48,054 nt of DNA from the IMG/VR virus record IMGVR_UViG_2563366844_000004, one strand, 5' to 3'. Origin of the DNA: a virus. Lineage: Duplodnaviria; Heunggongvirae; Uroviricota; Caudoviricetes. Positions within the stretch are counted from its first letter, which is position 1, and the number at the start of each line of letters is the position of its first letter. The position numbers were made by a program, and so were the translations under genes. The notes beneath the pieces were generated by a model, which did no database searches, had not been told where the DNA came from, and worked only from the letters and a program-made list of their open reading frames with translations. This document shows, piece by piece, positions 20,198 through 30,057 of this stretch.

Positions 20198-21584
20198 TGA
20201 TTTCCATCAGCATTACACTCTGATTTTTTAATTCATCGATCACTTCCTCTGGACGGGAATCCTGATCGATAAATTTCAACGCCTGCAACACCCGAATCGC
20301 ATCAATCTGACGTATATCACCGCCCTGACGCAATGACTGAACAGCCAGCGCGGAGGATGAGTCAAACACCTGGGCAGATACATCCAGTTCAGTGCGCACA
20401 TCCACATTGCCACCGCAACTCTCTCCGATCCATTCCGCCATTATCTGGAGAATATTATCGAGGGCATCTTCGAGGGAGTTCGCCATTGTATAAAGCGGCG
20501 AGTTTTCCTGCATTCGCTCTTCATTAGTCTGATCAACAGATTTGGTGGATGTATTTTCAGCACGCAGAAGTTTAGCGCCGGCATGACGCATCTGATTTTC
20601 CAGCTTCTCAAGTGATGTTTCGCCAGATTCTATCGCTGCGCCACTATGTTCAACATATTCGAGGCCATTTTTTGTTCTGTCCTCAAAAATCGTAGCGGTG
20701 GATGCACCAACCGTCAGTTCTTCATTCCTGTCCAGCCCGTAGGCCACCAGCAATGGAACGCGGGCAACATGAAGAATATTGTCCTGCTCGCTCTGGCTTT
20801 GCCAGTGCTTGATATTCAGCAAGCCAAGATTAAGCAATGGCGGTGTACCACGCATAAATCCTGTTTTCTTCGTGTACAGTGTTACCAGAGGAATATCATC
20901 ACGGCTGGTATTCCATGACTCATGAAGCGTCCAGACAGATTCGCCATTAGTGCCTTCGCTACGTCGATAAATTTCAACTCGACGGGGCATAATATGGCGG
21001 ATCTGCTCCACCTTCTTCTGCCCGAAATCATCACCATCAATAATGATGACCTCTTTTATACGCAAATCAGTGAGAACAACTTTCCCTTTTTCAACTTTCG
21101 ATTTCCATCCAATAACCTGGCGTGGATTCAGCATCGTAACGTACGGACGACTACCGGCCGCGTTTTCATCGGCTTTTGTCCGAATCTCTTTCATATCCGT
21201 TCGTGGATAGTCCACCAGCGCATGTGCCACACCATACTGAAATGCGAGGCTGAAAAATTGCTGCGCCCACACATCCAGTCGGCTTCCCTCCATGTCGATA
21301 TTTTCTGCATATTCTCTGATTTTTGCCGGCGTTTCCTCACTCAATACTGTCGGCTCTGCAAATATGCGCCCAATATTTTGCTTGATGCTTTCTTCATACA
21401 CAGGAAGTAGCGTAGCCACAGACAGGCGTTTTTTATAAGCGTCTTCATCTTCGTTAGGCCATTTTGGGAGATAATTTTCCCCCTGCCTGCGCATTTCAAG
21501 CGTACCGCCCATCAGTGCGTCGTTAATATCCCACGCCTCCAGCATATCGTTATAGTCGAGGTTGGGTGTTGATATATCAGCCAT
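20178..21584 (-). CDS. Portal protein
   Basis: 468 aa ORF directly downstream of terminase large subunit. Confidence 0.7.
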   Translation of the reverse strand: MADISTPNLDYNDMLEAWDINDALMGGTLEMRRQGENYLPKWPNEDEDAYKKRLSVATLLPVYEESIKQNIGRIFAEPTVLSEETPAKIREYAENIDMEGSRLDVWAQQFFSLAFQYGVAHALVDYPRTDMKEIRTKADENAAGSRPYVTMLNPRQVIGWKSKVEKGKVVLTDLRIKEVIIIDGDDFGQKKVEQIRHIMPRRVEIYRRSEGTNGESVWTLHESWNTSRDDIPLVTLYTKKTGFMRGTPPLLNLGLLNIKHWQSQSEQDNILHVARVPLLVAYGLDRNEELTVGASTATIFEDRTKNGLEYVEHSGAAIESGETSLEKLENQMRHAGAKLLRAENTSTKSVDQTNEERMQENSPLYTMANSLEDALDNILQIMAEWIGESCGGNVDVRTELDVSAQVFDSSSALAVQSLRQGGDIRQIDAIRVLQALKFIDQDSRPEEVIDELKNQSVMLMEINDANRE

Positions 21585-21586
21585 AA

Positions 21587-22897
21587 TTAAATCCGAAGTG
21601 ATGTGACTCTTCCGGTCGGTTTGACAATAGGGAATTGCTTAACGATGAAATAACCTCCGGCATCATTCGGGTGATCATTGCCAGATTTTTTATCAGGCTC
21701 CCCCTTCTCATCCCAGACCTGTTGCTCCAGAGATTCGGCATATAACGGGCAACGCTTCACATTAACTTTATAGCGACGCTCACCATTGGCATTGCAGAAC
21801 ATTGCATTCATTGAGTTAACGCGATCTTTTACTGGCGGGTTCGAGCTGTTCACCACAACGTTAAAACCAGCCTGCTTAAGCTGGGCTATATCCGTCGTAC
21901 TTGCGTTACTTGATTTTCTGGAATCCCCGGAAGCATCTGGATAAATATAAATTTCCCTCACTTTCCGGTAATCATTCCCATCATACAGCCAGAAGCGTTC
22001 TTTAATGATGCGGATCATATCCGGCGTATCGTAGGCATTGATGATTTCAGTTACCGCACATGGAAGCCCCAAACGCAGCACATGGACGATTCCCGCCATC
22101 TTTCCAACGTTAAAATCCATCCCAATATAAATCGGCTCCCCTGGCTGCTCCACTTCTTCGCAATTATTCAGTTTCCGGTCAAACTGATGGTAAACAGTAC
22201 CACTTGTCAGGTTAGTAAACTGTCCTCGCAGATAGGCTTTAATCAGCTCTGGAGGGTATGATTCAAGAAGCGAAGGAATGTAATCTGCTGGCAGGTTCTT
22301 TTCATTATCGAAAGTAGATGCCTGCACCAGACCATACAGTGAGGCCAGCTCTGTTTTTTCACGCACGGCTTTAACAAACTGCTCGTAGACAAATTTGAAT
22401 CCTTCCGGCGTGGTTGTAACGTCAATACCGTTGCGAAGTCCATCAATCTTATAACGCATACGCGCAATTATCTTGCGCCACGCCGTTCTGGCTTTTTCCT
22501 TCGGCAAAATGTCCAGTTCATCCACCAACGCATTACCAATTTTGAAACCGACGATCGTTTGTGGCTTCTCCATCGATCTGCAGATAGTGGTTCCCCGATA
22601 CTGGCGTCCGTAATAAAAGTGAACCTCTTTATTTCCCTCATTAATTTTTACGTTCAATCCCCAGTCAGCAGCAACTTCTTCCACTGTAGGGTAAAAAATA
22701 TCGCGAATTTGGGGATACGTTGGCGCAAAATATCCCTGATTTATACCTGGATGCTCCCAAATCCCCTTGCATATGCCGCCACACCCAACCCATGTTTTGC
22801 CCGAGCCAAAACCAGCAATATAGGCTTTAAATTTATGGGGCATTGAAAGAAATCGCGCCTGAGGCACATTAAGCGTCGGAGAGATCATCTTCATCAC
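21587..22897 (-). CDS. Terminase large subunit
   Basis: 436 aa; Walker A-like YIAGFGSGKT near N-terminus; C-terminal nuclease-sized domain; upstream of portal. Confidence 0.8.
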   Translation of the reverse strand: MMKMISPTLNVPQARFLSMPHKFKAYIAGFGSGKTWVGCGGICKGIWEHPGINQGYFAPTYPQIRDIFYPTVEEVAADWGLNVKINEGNKEVHFYYGRQYRGTTICRSMEKPQTIVGFKIGNALVDELDILPKEKARTAWRKIIARMRYKIDGLRNGIDVTTTPEGFKFVYEQFVKAVREKTELASLYGLVQASTFDNEKNLPADYIPSLLESYPPELIKAYLRGQFTNLTSGTVYHQFDRKLNNCEEVEQPGEPIYIGMDFNVGKMAGIVHVLRLGLPCAVTEIINAYDTPDMIRIIKERFWLYDGNDYRKVREIYIYPDASGDSRKSSNASTTDIAQLKQAGFNVVVNSSNPPVKDRVNSMNAMFCNANGERRYKVNVKRCPLYAESLEQQVWDEKGEPDKKSGNDHPNDAGGYFIVKQFPIVKPTGRVTSLRI

Positions 22898-23963
22898 TCC
22901 TTACTCTGGCATCAACCACATTAATATTGATCGCCACAGGCTGGGGATGTTCATTATCTTCCACCGTTTCGATCTCTTTGCGCAGCTTCTGGTTTTCCAT
23001 TCTGCGCCGTTCAATTTCCAGTTCCTGTAGCCGCTTATCTGCACATAAAGCCCCGCCAGCAGAAAGCAAACGCAACAATTCACGCCGGGCGGCAGCCTTA
23101 TCCTCCAGCAGGATCTCAACGCCGAATTTTCCGAATTTTGCCCCTGCATATAATTGCCGCGCATCCCCATCAAGCAGAGTGGTATCAGCCATATAAAGCT
23201 GTCCCGTTCCCTCACCGCAGCACTTCGGGCAGTCCGGATTGGGTATGGCGTTATCAACAAAGCCGAGGCCTCCATATTCCGGTTCGGGTTTGCCATCTCT
23301 GGAAGCCTGCGCCGCTGCCTTGTCGAATTCTGCTATATCGCGCCACTGGTAGAGATGATTCTCGCCCCAGCAATAACGGCAGTTAACACGGCGAAATTGT
23401 GCAAGCTGATTGGGGTCGGCCAGGACAATAGCCATCAACTGACTCACTAGTAAATCCAGGTCTGCGGTATAGCGTTTCTGGTACTGATTGCGGAAGTAGC
23501 TGATAGCGCGAAAAACCCTGGCATTTCTAAGCATACGACTGGCGTTGCTGTTAGCTGTCGCACCTTGCCCCTCATAACCGGCTAGTCGGTACGCCTCTGT
23601 CGGCTTTTTACCCTGAGCAACAAGCATCGCAAACTTAGCCTGCTGGTCAGAAATGCCGAATTCATCGGGACAGAACGAAAATTCCTCCGCGTCGCCCTCA
23701 TTCAGGCCCGCATCGAATACTGGCTTTTTTTCCTGAGATTTTTCGTTCCGCTTTTGTGCAGTCTGCGCAGATTTTTTCTGCGCACTTTTTTGCGCAGTTT
23801 TGCACATTTCTGTCTGCGCATTTTTCGGAGTTTTTTTGATGTAACGACGGGCTGTTGCGTAATTCAGTCCCCTTGCTTCACACCATGCCACCGGAGATAT
23901 ACCGGAGCGGGTGTATTCAGCAATATACTCCTGCTGCAACGCCCCCCAGTCCGGTCTGCTCAT
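22869..23963 (-). CDS. Putative terminase small subunit / DNA packaging protein with zinc ribbon
   Basis: 364 aa, N-terminal HTH-like region, Lys/Gln-rich linker, Cys cluster (CRYCWGE...CPKCCGEG); overlaps start of large terminase. Confidence 0.5.
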   Translation of the reverse strand: MSRPDWGALQQEYIAEYTRSGISPVAWCEARGLNYATARRYIKKTPKNAQTEMCKTAQKSAQKKSAQTAQKRNEKSQEKKPVFDAGLNEGDAEEFSFCPDEFGISDQQAKFAMLVAQGKKPTEAYRLAGYEGQGATANSNASRMLRNARVFRAISYFRNQYQKRYTADLDLLVSQLMAIVLADPNQLAQFRRVNCRYCWGENHLYQWRDIAEFDKAAAQASRDGKPEPEYGGLGFVDNAIPNPDCPKCCGEGTGQLYMADTTLLDGDARQLYAGAKFGKFGVEILLEDKAAARRELLRLLSAGGALCADKRLQELEIERRRMENQKLRKEIETVEDNEHPQPVAININVVDARVRSDEDDLSDA

Positions 23964-23966
23964 CAG

Positions 23967-24218
23967 TTAGTCCTGATTTTTATCCACCCTGAGTAGTTCG
24001 CGCAGAGCAAAGGCATCCCCTTTTCTGGCAAGCTTAAACAATGCCGCTCGTAACTCGGCTTCACCTTTCGCTCTGCCCTTACGGATGGCCGCATAAAAAT
24101 CTGTCATTGCTTCCCGATTTTCTTTCAGTCGGTTCAGATCAACATCCAGAACGTCAGCGATTTGTTGTGCAGTCATCCGGCACGCTGCCAGAGACTCGAC
24201 TTTCGAATACGGAATCAT
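23967..24218 (-). CDS. Hypothetical small protein
   Basis: 83 aa ORF immediately upstream of the terminase small subunit. Confidence 0.3.
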   Translation of the reverse strand: MIPYSKVESLAACRMTAQQIADVLDVDLNRLKENREAMTDFYAAIRKGRAKGEAELRAALFKLARKGDAFALRELLRVDKNQD

Positions 24219-25107
24219 TTGTCACCCCCATTGATATGCAGGGTGTCTTCTTCCTGTATTTTTCGTGAAGGATTTTTACTGCAGCGTTGTTCCAGGTGAC
24301 CTGATGGTGAATGCGTTTATGGCTGGCACCCATCAGTGAGATTTTTACGCACGACGGCGCATACATGACGGAGTAAAAACTTTTAACGTAGGTTCCGGAA
24401 TCCAGATACAGCTCGGTCATTCCGCCGCTGTTTTTCTGCGTCTGTTTCTGCCCTAACTGGACAGCACCGATCGTCATAAACAATTCACCACAGCGACCGA
24501 GATTCGTGTACGTATTCACATCCTCGTTAATGCGCCCCATGAATGAGAACGGTCGATCAACCGAACAGATAAAGCTGTTCATTGCCTTGCGTTTCACCCA
24601 CGAAGCATGGCCGCCATTGTCACCAAGAAAATCCCCGCCCTGCGACATAGCGATGGAAAGAGCAGGTATTGATTCGTAGTACGCCAGCATTTCAGAAAGG
24701 ATCGCATCCAGTTTCCTTATCGGAAAATAGGCCTGGTCATAGTTGCGATCCACCCGAAACTGGAACTCGTGATAATCATCATCGAGCTGAATGAAGTATT
24801 TACACCCGACCAGTTTTGCCAGGTCGAAACAGGCATTACGGGCGTAAAAAATTGAGCGGCGGTCACAGAAATTATCGGCTTCGTCAAAACGACTGGCGAT
24901 ATCGGCTTTGGAAAACACCAGCACCTGTTCACCAAATTCAGCCATGTACTGATTCCGTGTCTTATCTTCATCATCAACAACGATAAAAATTTTCCCGGTA
25001 TAGCCAGCACGACGCAACGTCCGGTAAGTCAGAACTTTGTCCGGTCGCCCGTGAGTCAGAATAAAGGCGCAAAAATCATCACGCATATTCCTCCTCCTCA
25101 CCACCAT
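24154..25107 (-). CDS. Hypothetical protein (YdaY-position protein; LDDDY acidic motif)
   Basis: 317 aa ORF translationally coupled to the upstream ParB-like gene; occupies the position of ydaY in Rac. Confidence 0.35.
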   Translation of the reverse strand: MVVRRRNMRDDFCAFILTHGRPDKVLTYRTLRRAGYTGKIFIVVDDEDKTRNQYMAEFGEQVLVFSKADIASRFDEADNFCDRRSIFYARNACFDLAKLVGCKYFIQLDDDYHEFQFRVDRNYDQAYFPIRKLDAILSEMLAYYESIPALSIAMSQGGDFLGDNGGHASWVKRKAMNSFICSVDRPFSFMGRINEDVNTYTNLGRCGELFMTIGAVQLGQKQTQKNSGGMTELYLDSGTYVKSFYSVMYAPSCVKISLMGASHKRIHHQVTWNNAAVKILHEKYRKKTPCISMGVTNDSVFESRVSGSVPDDCTTNR

Positions 25108-25870
25108 GCATGATCTCCACCATGCGCTGCGTCATCCGGACAAATCCATTTTCAATAGCCTGCTGATAATCAATGATCACCAGCGCCGACTCCTCGAAAA
25201 AACACTGAATTTCAGAGGGGGCGTGAGCGTAATAGTCCGCAATTCTGCTGAAATTAAACACCGTGTGACGTTCTGCCGCACACAGGAGGAATTTCTCAAT
25301 ATCAGGCTCAAGGGACGCCGAACGTATCCGGCTGATCAGCTCCTGAGTTTTCGTATCGTCGTACAGTTCACTGATATCCGGTTTACCGCCCGACGGCTCA
25401 TAAACAGGCGTATCAATTTTCGTCGTATACGGCTCCTCCTCATTTCCTGTACCGGGCAAAACATCCGTCAACAGTTCATCAATTTCTGTCGGGATGAAGC
25501 CTGTCAGGGAGACATCAAAATCAGCATTGATTAGGTCCGACAGCTCCATCCGCAACAGATCTTCATCCCAGCCAGCATTCATCGGCAGGCGATTATCTGC
25601 CAGGCGGTACGCCTTTTTCTGCTCATCCGTCAGGCCAGACAGAACAATGACCGGAACAGAATCCATTTTGAGCATTTCAGCCGCCATAACACGACCGTGA
25701 CCCGCAATAATTTCGCCCTTTTCGTCAATCAGCACCGGATTAGTCCAGCCGAATTGCTTAATACTTTCTACCAGTTGTGCCACCTGCTCAGGGCTGTGCG
25801 TCCTGGCGTTGTGCGCATACGGTGACAATTCTTGTAATGGGCGATAGACTATCTTTAATTTCTCGCTCAT
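25079..25870 (-). CDS. ParB-like nuclease domain protein (YnaK-like, full length)
   Basis: 263 aa; N-terminal ParB/sulfiredoxin-type motif ...PVLIDEKGEIIAGHGRVMAA...; acidic C-terminus. Confidence 0.7.
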   Translation of the reverse strand: MSEKLKIVYRPLQELSPYAHNARTHSPEQVAQLVESIKQFGWTNPVLIDEKGEIIAGHGRVMAAEMLKMDSVPVIVLSGLTDEQKKAYRLADNRLPMNAGWDEDLLRMELSDLINADFDVSLTGFIPTEIDELLTDVLPGTGNEEEPYTTKIDTPVYEPSGGKPDISELYDDTKTQELISRIRSASLEPDIEKFLLCAAERHTVFNFSRIADYYAHAPSEIQCFFEESALVIIDYQQAIENGFVRMTQRMVEIMHGGEEEEYA

Positions 25871-26007
25871 ACAGCCTTGCTTTATGAATAAAACGCACCC
25901 CAGCAGCCAGTGCTACTGGGGACGGAGGGGTTGCTGGTAAAGTTAGGTATTGGATCAATGAGTGAGTCAACATAATATTAAACTCACAATTATAAATCAG
26001 CCATATA

Positions 26008-27465
26008 TTAGGAGCGCCAAAAAAAACCTGAAAACAATATAATAACAGGATAAATTTCAAGGCGACCAAGAATCATAGCTATGCACATTAAACATTTTGC
26101 AATGTCATTAAGCACTCCGAATGACGATGCAGTAGCCCCAAAACCTAATCCCATATTATTAATACATGCAGCCACTGTTGCAAATGATGTAAGAAAATCA
26201 TATCCCATACCATTTAACACCAGTATAAAAAACACCGTGAAGAGAGTATAAAGAAAAAAGAAACTCCATACAGACCTCATTACACGATCTGTAACTATCT
26301 TCCCTCCTACATTTACACTCAACAACGCTCTGGGATGAGAAAGCTGATTTATCTCGTGTTTGCTTTGTTTGAAAAGTATAAGAAATCGAAGTGACTTAAT
26401 TCCACCACAAGTTGAACCTATACATCCCCCAAAGAAACTTGACAACAGCAAAAACACTATCGTGTGCGTGGGCCAACTTGCATAATCCTGCGTAGCTAAA
26501 CCATTATCAGTGAGCATGGAGCTGGCAAGAAAAAACGAATGAATAAAACTTCCATGCAAGTCATACATACCTATATGCCAGACCTGGAAAGAGGTAACAA
26601 TGATCACCCCTAAGGCTATTAACAGAAAGAAACGAAGTTCAATATCTCTGATTAAAGGTTTTATCGTTTTCCTGCTAATAACAATATACCAAAGAGTGAA
26701 GTTGAAAGCCGATAGCAGGGAAAAAGAACCAGCCACCAGCTCAACCAAATAGTTATTAAAATATCCGATACTCTCGCTATGAGTTGAGAAACCACCAAGC
26801 GAAACTGTGGAAATCCCGTGACAAATAGCATCAAACAAAGGCATTCCTGCAAGTCTATAACAGACAATACAAGCAATACCTAATAAAGAATAAGTTATCC
26901 ACAGTGTCCGTGACGTATCGGCCAGGCGGGGAGTGAGTTTGTCATCCTTAAATGGCCCCGGCATTTCTGACTGATAAAGCTTTGCACCACCAATACCCAA
27001 TAATGGCAATACAGCAACCGCCAGAACAATAACTCCTAAACCACCTATAAAATTTAACTGTGACCGATAGTACAAATATGCCCGAGGTAATGAACTAACA
27101 TCATCAATTACAGTTGCTCCTGTTGTTGTTATTCCAGAAACCCCTTCAAACAGAGCATCAATGAACGTTAAATTAAGTTCTGAGTCAATCCATAAAGGGA
27201 ATGCACTAATAACAGAAAACAAAATCCAAAACATTACAATTATAATAAACCCATCACGGGTACGTAATTGAATGCCAGATTTCTTAGTTGTATACCACGC
27301 TCCGCCACCAATGCAAAAAAATATAACGAAAGTTATAAAGAAAACGAACAGGCTTTTTTCTTTATAAAACAATGCTACAACCATTGGTGGCAACATTGAA
27401 AGACTATAGAGCCAAACCAGGAACCCACACATATGAGTAACAACTCTTACATGAGATGTATTCAT
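26008..27465 (-). CDS. trkG: Trk-type potassium uptake membrane protein TrkG
   Basis: Polytopic membrane protein, visibly AT-rich gene, position after lysis genes as in Rac; probable start MNTSHVRVVT. Confidence 0.85.
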   Translation of the reverse strand: MNTSHVRVVTHMCGFLVWLYSLSMLPPMVVALFYKEKSLFVFFITFVIFFCIGGGAWYTTKKSGIQLRTRDGFIIIVMFWILFSVISAFPLWIDSELNLTFIDALFEGVSGITTTGATVIDDVSSLPRAYLYYRSQLNFIGGLGVIVLAVAVLPLLGIGGAKLYQSEMPGPFKDDKLTPRLADTSRTLWITYSLLGIACIVCYRLAGMPLFDAICHGISTVSLGGFSTHSESIGYFNNYLVELVAGSFSLLSAFNFTLWYIVISRKTIKPLIRDIELRFFLLIALGVIIVTSFQVWHIGMYDLHGSFIHSFFLASSMLTDNGLATQDYASWPTHTIVFLLLSSFFGGCIGSTCGGIKSLRFLILFKQSKHEINQLSHPRALLSVNVGGKIVTDRVMRSVWSFFFLYTLFTVFFILVLNGMGYDFLTSFATVAACINNMGLGFGATASSFGVLNDIAKCLMCIAMILGRLEIYPVIILFSGFFWRS

Positions 27466-27602
27466 ATCTAAATATTCTTTCAATTATAACCACCTTGCTG
27501 CAATATTATGATTATACTGTATAAAATTTAACTCCTCTTAGATCTTACTTCACTGTTCCTTATGAAACAATCATCAAAATGAATCATATTGTAGTTAAGA
27601 TT

Positions 27603-28067
27603 TTACTTTAAACACTGCTCGGTTATGTATTGCTGAGCACCTTCAAGTTGGGCCTGCATCATTACCAGTCGTTCCCGGAGGGTGAAATAATCCCGTTCAG
27701 CGGTGTCTGCCAGTCGGGGGGAGGCTGCATTATCCACGCCGGAGGCGGTGGTGGCTTCACGCACTGACTGACAGACTGCTTTGATGTGCAACCGACGACG
27801 ACCAGCGGCAACATCATCACGCAGAACATCATTTTCAGCTTTCGCATCAGCTAACTCCTTCGTGTATTTTGCATCGAGCGCAGCAACATCACGCTGACGC
27901 ATCTGCATGTCAGTAATTGCCGCGTTCGCCAGCTTCAGTTCTCTGGCATTTTTGTCGCGCTGTTCTTTGTAGGCGATGGCGTTATCACGGTAATGATTAA
28001 CAGCCCATGACAGGCAGACGACGATGCAGATAACCAGAGCGGAGATAATCGCGGTTACTCTGTTCAT
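27603..28067 (-). CDS. Rz i-spanin
   Basis: N-terminal TM segment ([18 protein letters not shown]) followed by coiled-coil region; overlaps endolysin stop; contains embedded Rz1. Confidence 0.75.
   Translation of the reverse strand: MNRVTAIISALVICIVVCLSWAVNHYRDNAIAYKEQRDKNARELKLANAAITDMQMRQRDVAALDAKYTKELADAKAENDVLRDDVAAGRRRLHIKAVCQSVREATTASGVDNAASPRLADTAERDYFTLRERLVMMQAQLEGAQQYITEQCLK
27662..27847 (-). CDS. Rz1 o-spanin lipoprotein (embedded in Rz in +1 frame)
   Basis: 61 aa: lipobox LVVVGC, Pro-rich ([15 protein letters not shown]). Confidence 0.7.
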   Translation of the reverse strand: MRKLKMMFCVMMLPLVVVGCTSKQSVSQCVKPPPPPAWIMQPPPDWQTPLNGIISPSGNDW

Positions 28068-28561
28068 TGCTGACCCCACAAACAGATTTCACGCTCAATC
28101 TCACGACGAGTCATGAGACCTTTCCATTGCTTACCGCCAGCATATGTCCAGCGACGTAGCTGATCACATGCGCCTTTGATATCGCCCTGGTTTATTTTGC
28201 GAAGAAGCGTCGATGTTCTGAAATTGCCAGCACCCACGTTGTAAACGAATGAGTAAAGAGCGCCGCGCGTTGTTTCCGGTATATCGACTTTGATGTACGG
28301 GTTAATTTGTCTGGCGACCGTGGCAAGGTCTTTATTCAGGAGGGCTTTGCATTCTGCTTCGGTATACGTTTTACCGGGAATGATGTCTTTTCCGGTGTGT
28401 CCGTGACATACAGTCCATACACCAACGATATCTTTATATGGTATGTAGCTGACACCTTCCAGACCATCGTTACCACTTGGGCCAGTGATTAACACTGATG
28501 CTATAGCAATTGCTCCGCCACCAATAGCAGCAGCAACGGCTTTTCGTAATGATGGAGGCAT
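28064..28561 (-). CDS. SAR endolysin (P21 R / RrrD-like lysozyme)
   Basis: 165 aa; N-terminal signal-anchor-release segment ([16 protein letters not shown]), lysozyme core [19 protein letters not shown]; start overlaps holin stop. Confidence 0.9.
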   Translation of the reverse strand: MPPSLRKAVAAAIGGGAIAIASVLITGPSGNDGLEGVSYIPYKDIVGVWTVCHGHTGKDIIPGKTYTEAECKALLNKDLATVARQINPYIKVDIPETTRGALYSFVYNVGAGNFRTSTLLRKINQGDIKGACDQLRRWTYAGGKQWKGLMTRREIEREICLWGQQ

Positions 28562-28776
28562 TATTCACCTCTCGCAGCCTTGCGCTTATCTTCTTTAATC
28601 TTGAAATAAAGGTTTGTCAGGTACGTCAGCAGGCCAAATACCAGACTACCCAGCACACCGATTGCAGCCCACTGTGACGGAGTTACTCTATCGAGCAACT
28701 GTAAAAACCAGTAGCCAGCACTGCCTGCGGAGGTGCCATAGGCGACACCCGTTGTTAACTTATCCATGGATTTCAT
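28561..28776 (-). CDS. Pinholin (P21 S21 / EssD-like) with dual-start motif
   Basis: 71 aa from [18 protein letters not shown]...; two TM segments; Met1 and Met4 dual start typical of holin/antiholin. Confidence 0.85.
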   Translation of the reverse strand: MKSMDKLTTGVAYGTSAGSAGYWFLQLLDRVTPSQWAAIGVLGSLVFGLLTYLTNLYFKIKEDKRKAARGE

Positions 28777-29165
28777 AACCCCCACCTCGCAGATGCGGGC
28801 GCTGTGTAATGGAAACAAAAAATGGCCACCAGCGGCCCGTAAAAAACACCCCGTCAAAAGCACCGGCATCCGCAGATGCCCTTTGCGTGGCGTTATTTGA
28901 TGCGCGCCAGATGTGGCGCAAAGAAATGAAATAAGACTTATCGAAAATTAAGGTCAATTTGATGATTTAAACCACTTCTGAAGCTTAGTAGTATGAACAT
29001 GTCCCCAGAAGGGGGCCAATACTTATTATTCTTCATGGACTTTGTCCCGCGGTCTTAATCCGACGACCGCGCTACTTTTTCACCCTCTCGCAAATTGCTA
29101 TCTAAAGGACTTTGTCCCACGAGTATTCCAGGATGCTCGTGTCTTTTTTTGTCCTGAGGAAGGAA

Positions 29166-29191
29166 TAAAAAAAACCGCCAAATATGGCGGT
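29166..29191 (-). terminator. Rho-independent terminator-like hairpin (minus strand) downstream of the tRNA genes
   Basis: Plus strand aaaaaaaaccgccaaatatggcggt: stem ccgcca/tggcgg, loop aata, preceded by A-run (T-run on minus strand). Confidence 0.5.
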
Positions 29192-29550
29192 TGGTCACTG
29201 CATGAGATAAATCATTTTATTGTAATAAGAATCGAGGTGTCGGGTGCCTCCCGAAATATCCATCTCTACAACAGATATTGTGATTCCCCGCCAAACCACT
29301 ATCTAAACCACCCTCGCACTGAGGAACACCTCTGCGGTGCTTTTACAACACCAGAATGATGCATCACCGACCCTGCCAGGAAATACAAAATCTCCACCGA
29401 TAATGCACCATTCTGCTGCCGTAAAAAAATTAGCACTGTGACTACAACCGACCTCCAATCATAGTCAGAGAACGGATTGTCTTTTTAAAACAACCCACCC
29501 CACGTAATAAAAAATACGCCAGTGCCACGATACAATAAGGCTTGTTTCTC

Positions 29551-29625
<75 letters not shown>

Positions 29626-29628
29626 ATA

Positions 29629-29704
<76 letters not shown>

Positions 29705-29944
29705 ATTGGTTCTTCAGGGGAGCGATATCACCGAGCAAAGAAGAGTTCCCCCTCAGAACCGTTTTCGATAATACGATTTAATATTCCAATCGCAACAACA
29801 CGTTGCGTCAAGTTATGTAAATTTATTTATATGTTTTTATTTTATGTGAATAATTCACTTTCACTTAAAATATATACAACAACATATAAATAAATTTATT
29901 TTGAAGGCGATGATTAAATGTCGTTTCTGATATCACACCACAGA

Positions 29945-29975
29945 AACAACAAAACCCGCTCGATGGCGGGTTCTA
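29945..29975 (-). terminator. Terminator-like hairpin about 90 nt downstream of the Q-like gene (candidate tR-prime)
   Basis: Plus strand aaacccgctcgatggcgggtt; on minus strand stem acccgc/gcgggt followed by ttttgttgtttct. Confidence 0.4.
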
Positions 29976-30057
29976 TTAAAGTTTAATTGCGCTTGATTCG
30001 CCTCGCGATACAGCTTTGCGAAGCGTAGCAAAATTGAAGCAGTTTATGCGTAAAAAA

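Noticed and set aside
25788-26069. 93 aa ORF overlapping the trkG stop and ParB-like start
   Set aside because: Overlaps two supported genes out of frame; hydrophobic low-complexity translation from AT-rich DNA
29042-29359. 105 aa plus-strand ORF in the non-coding gap between holin and tRNAs
   Set aside because: No RBS seen, composition unlike a real protein, spans terminator hairpins on both strands; region better explained as structured non-coding DNA
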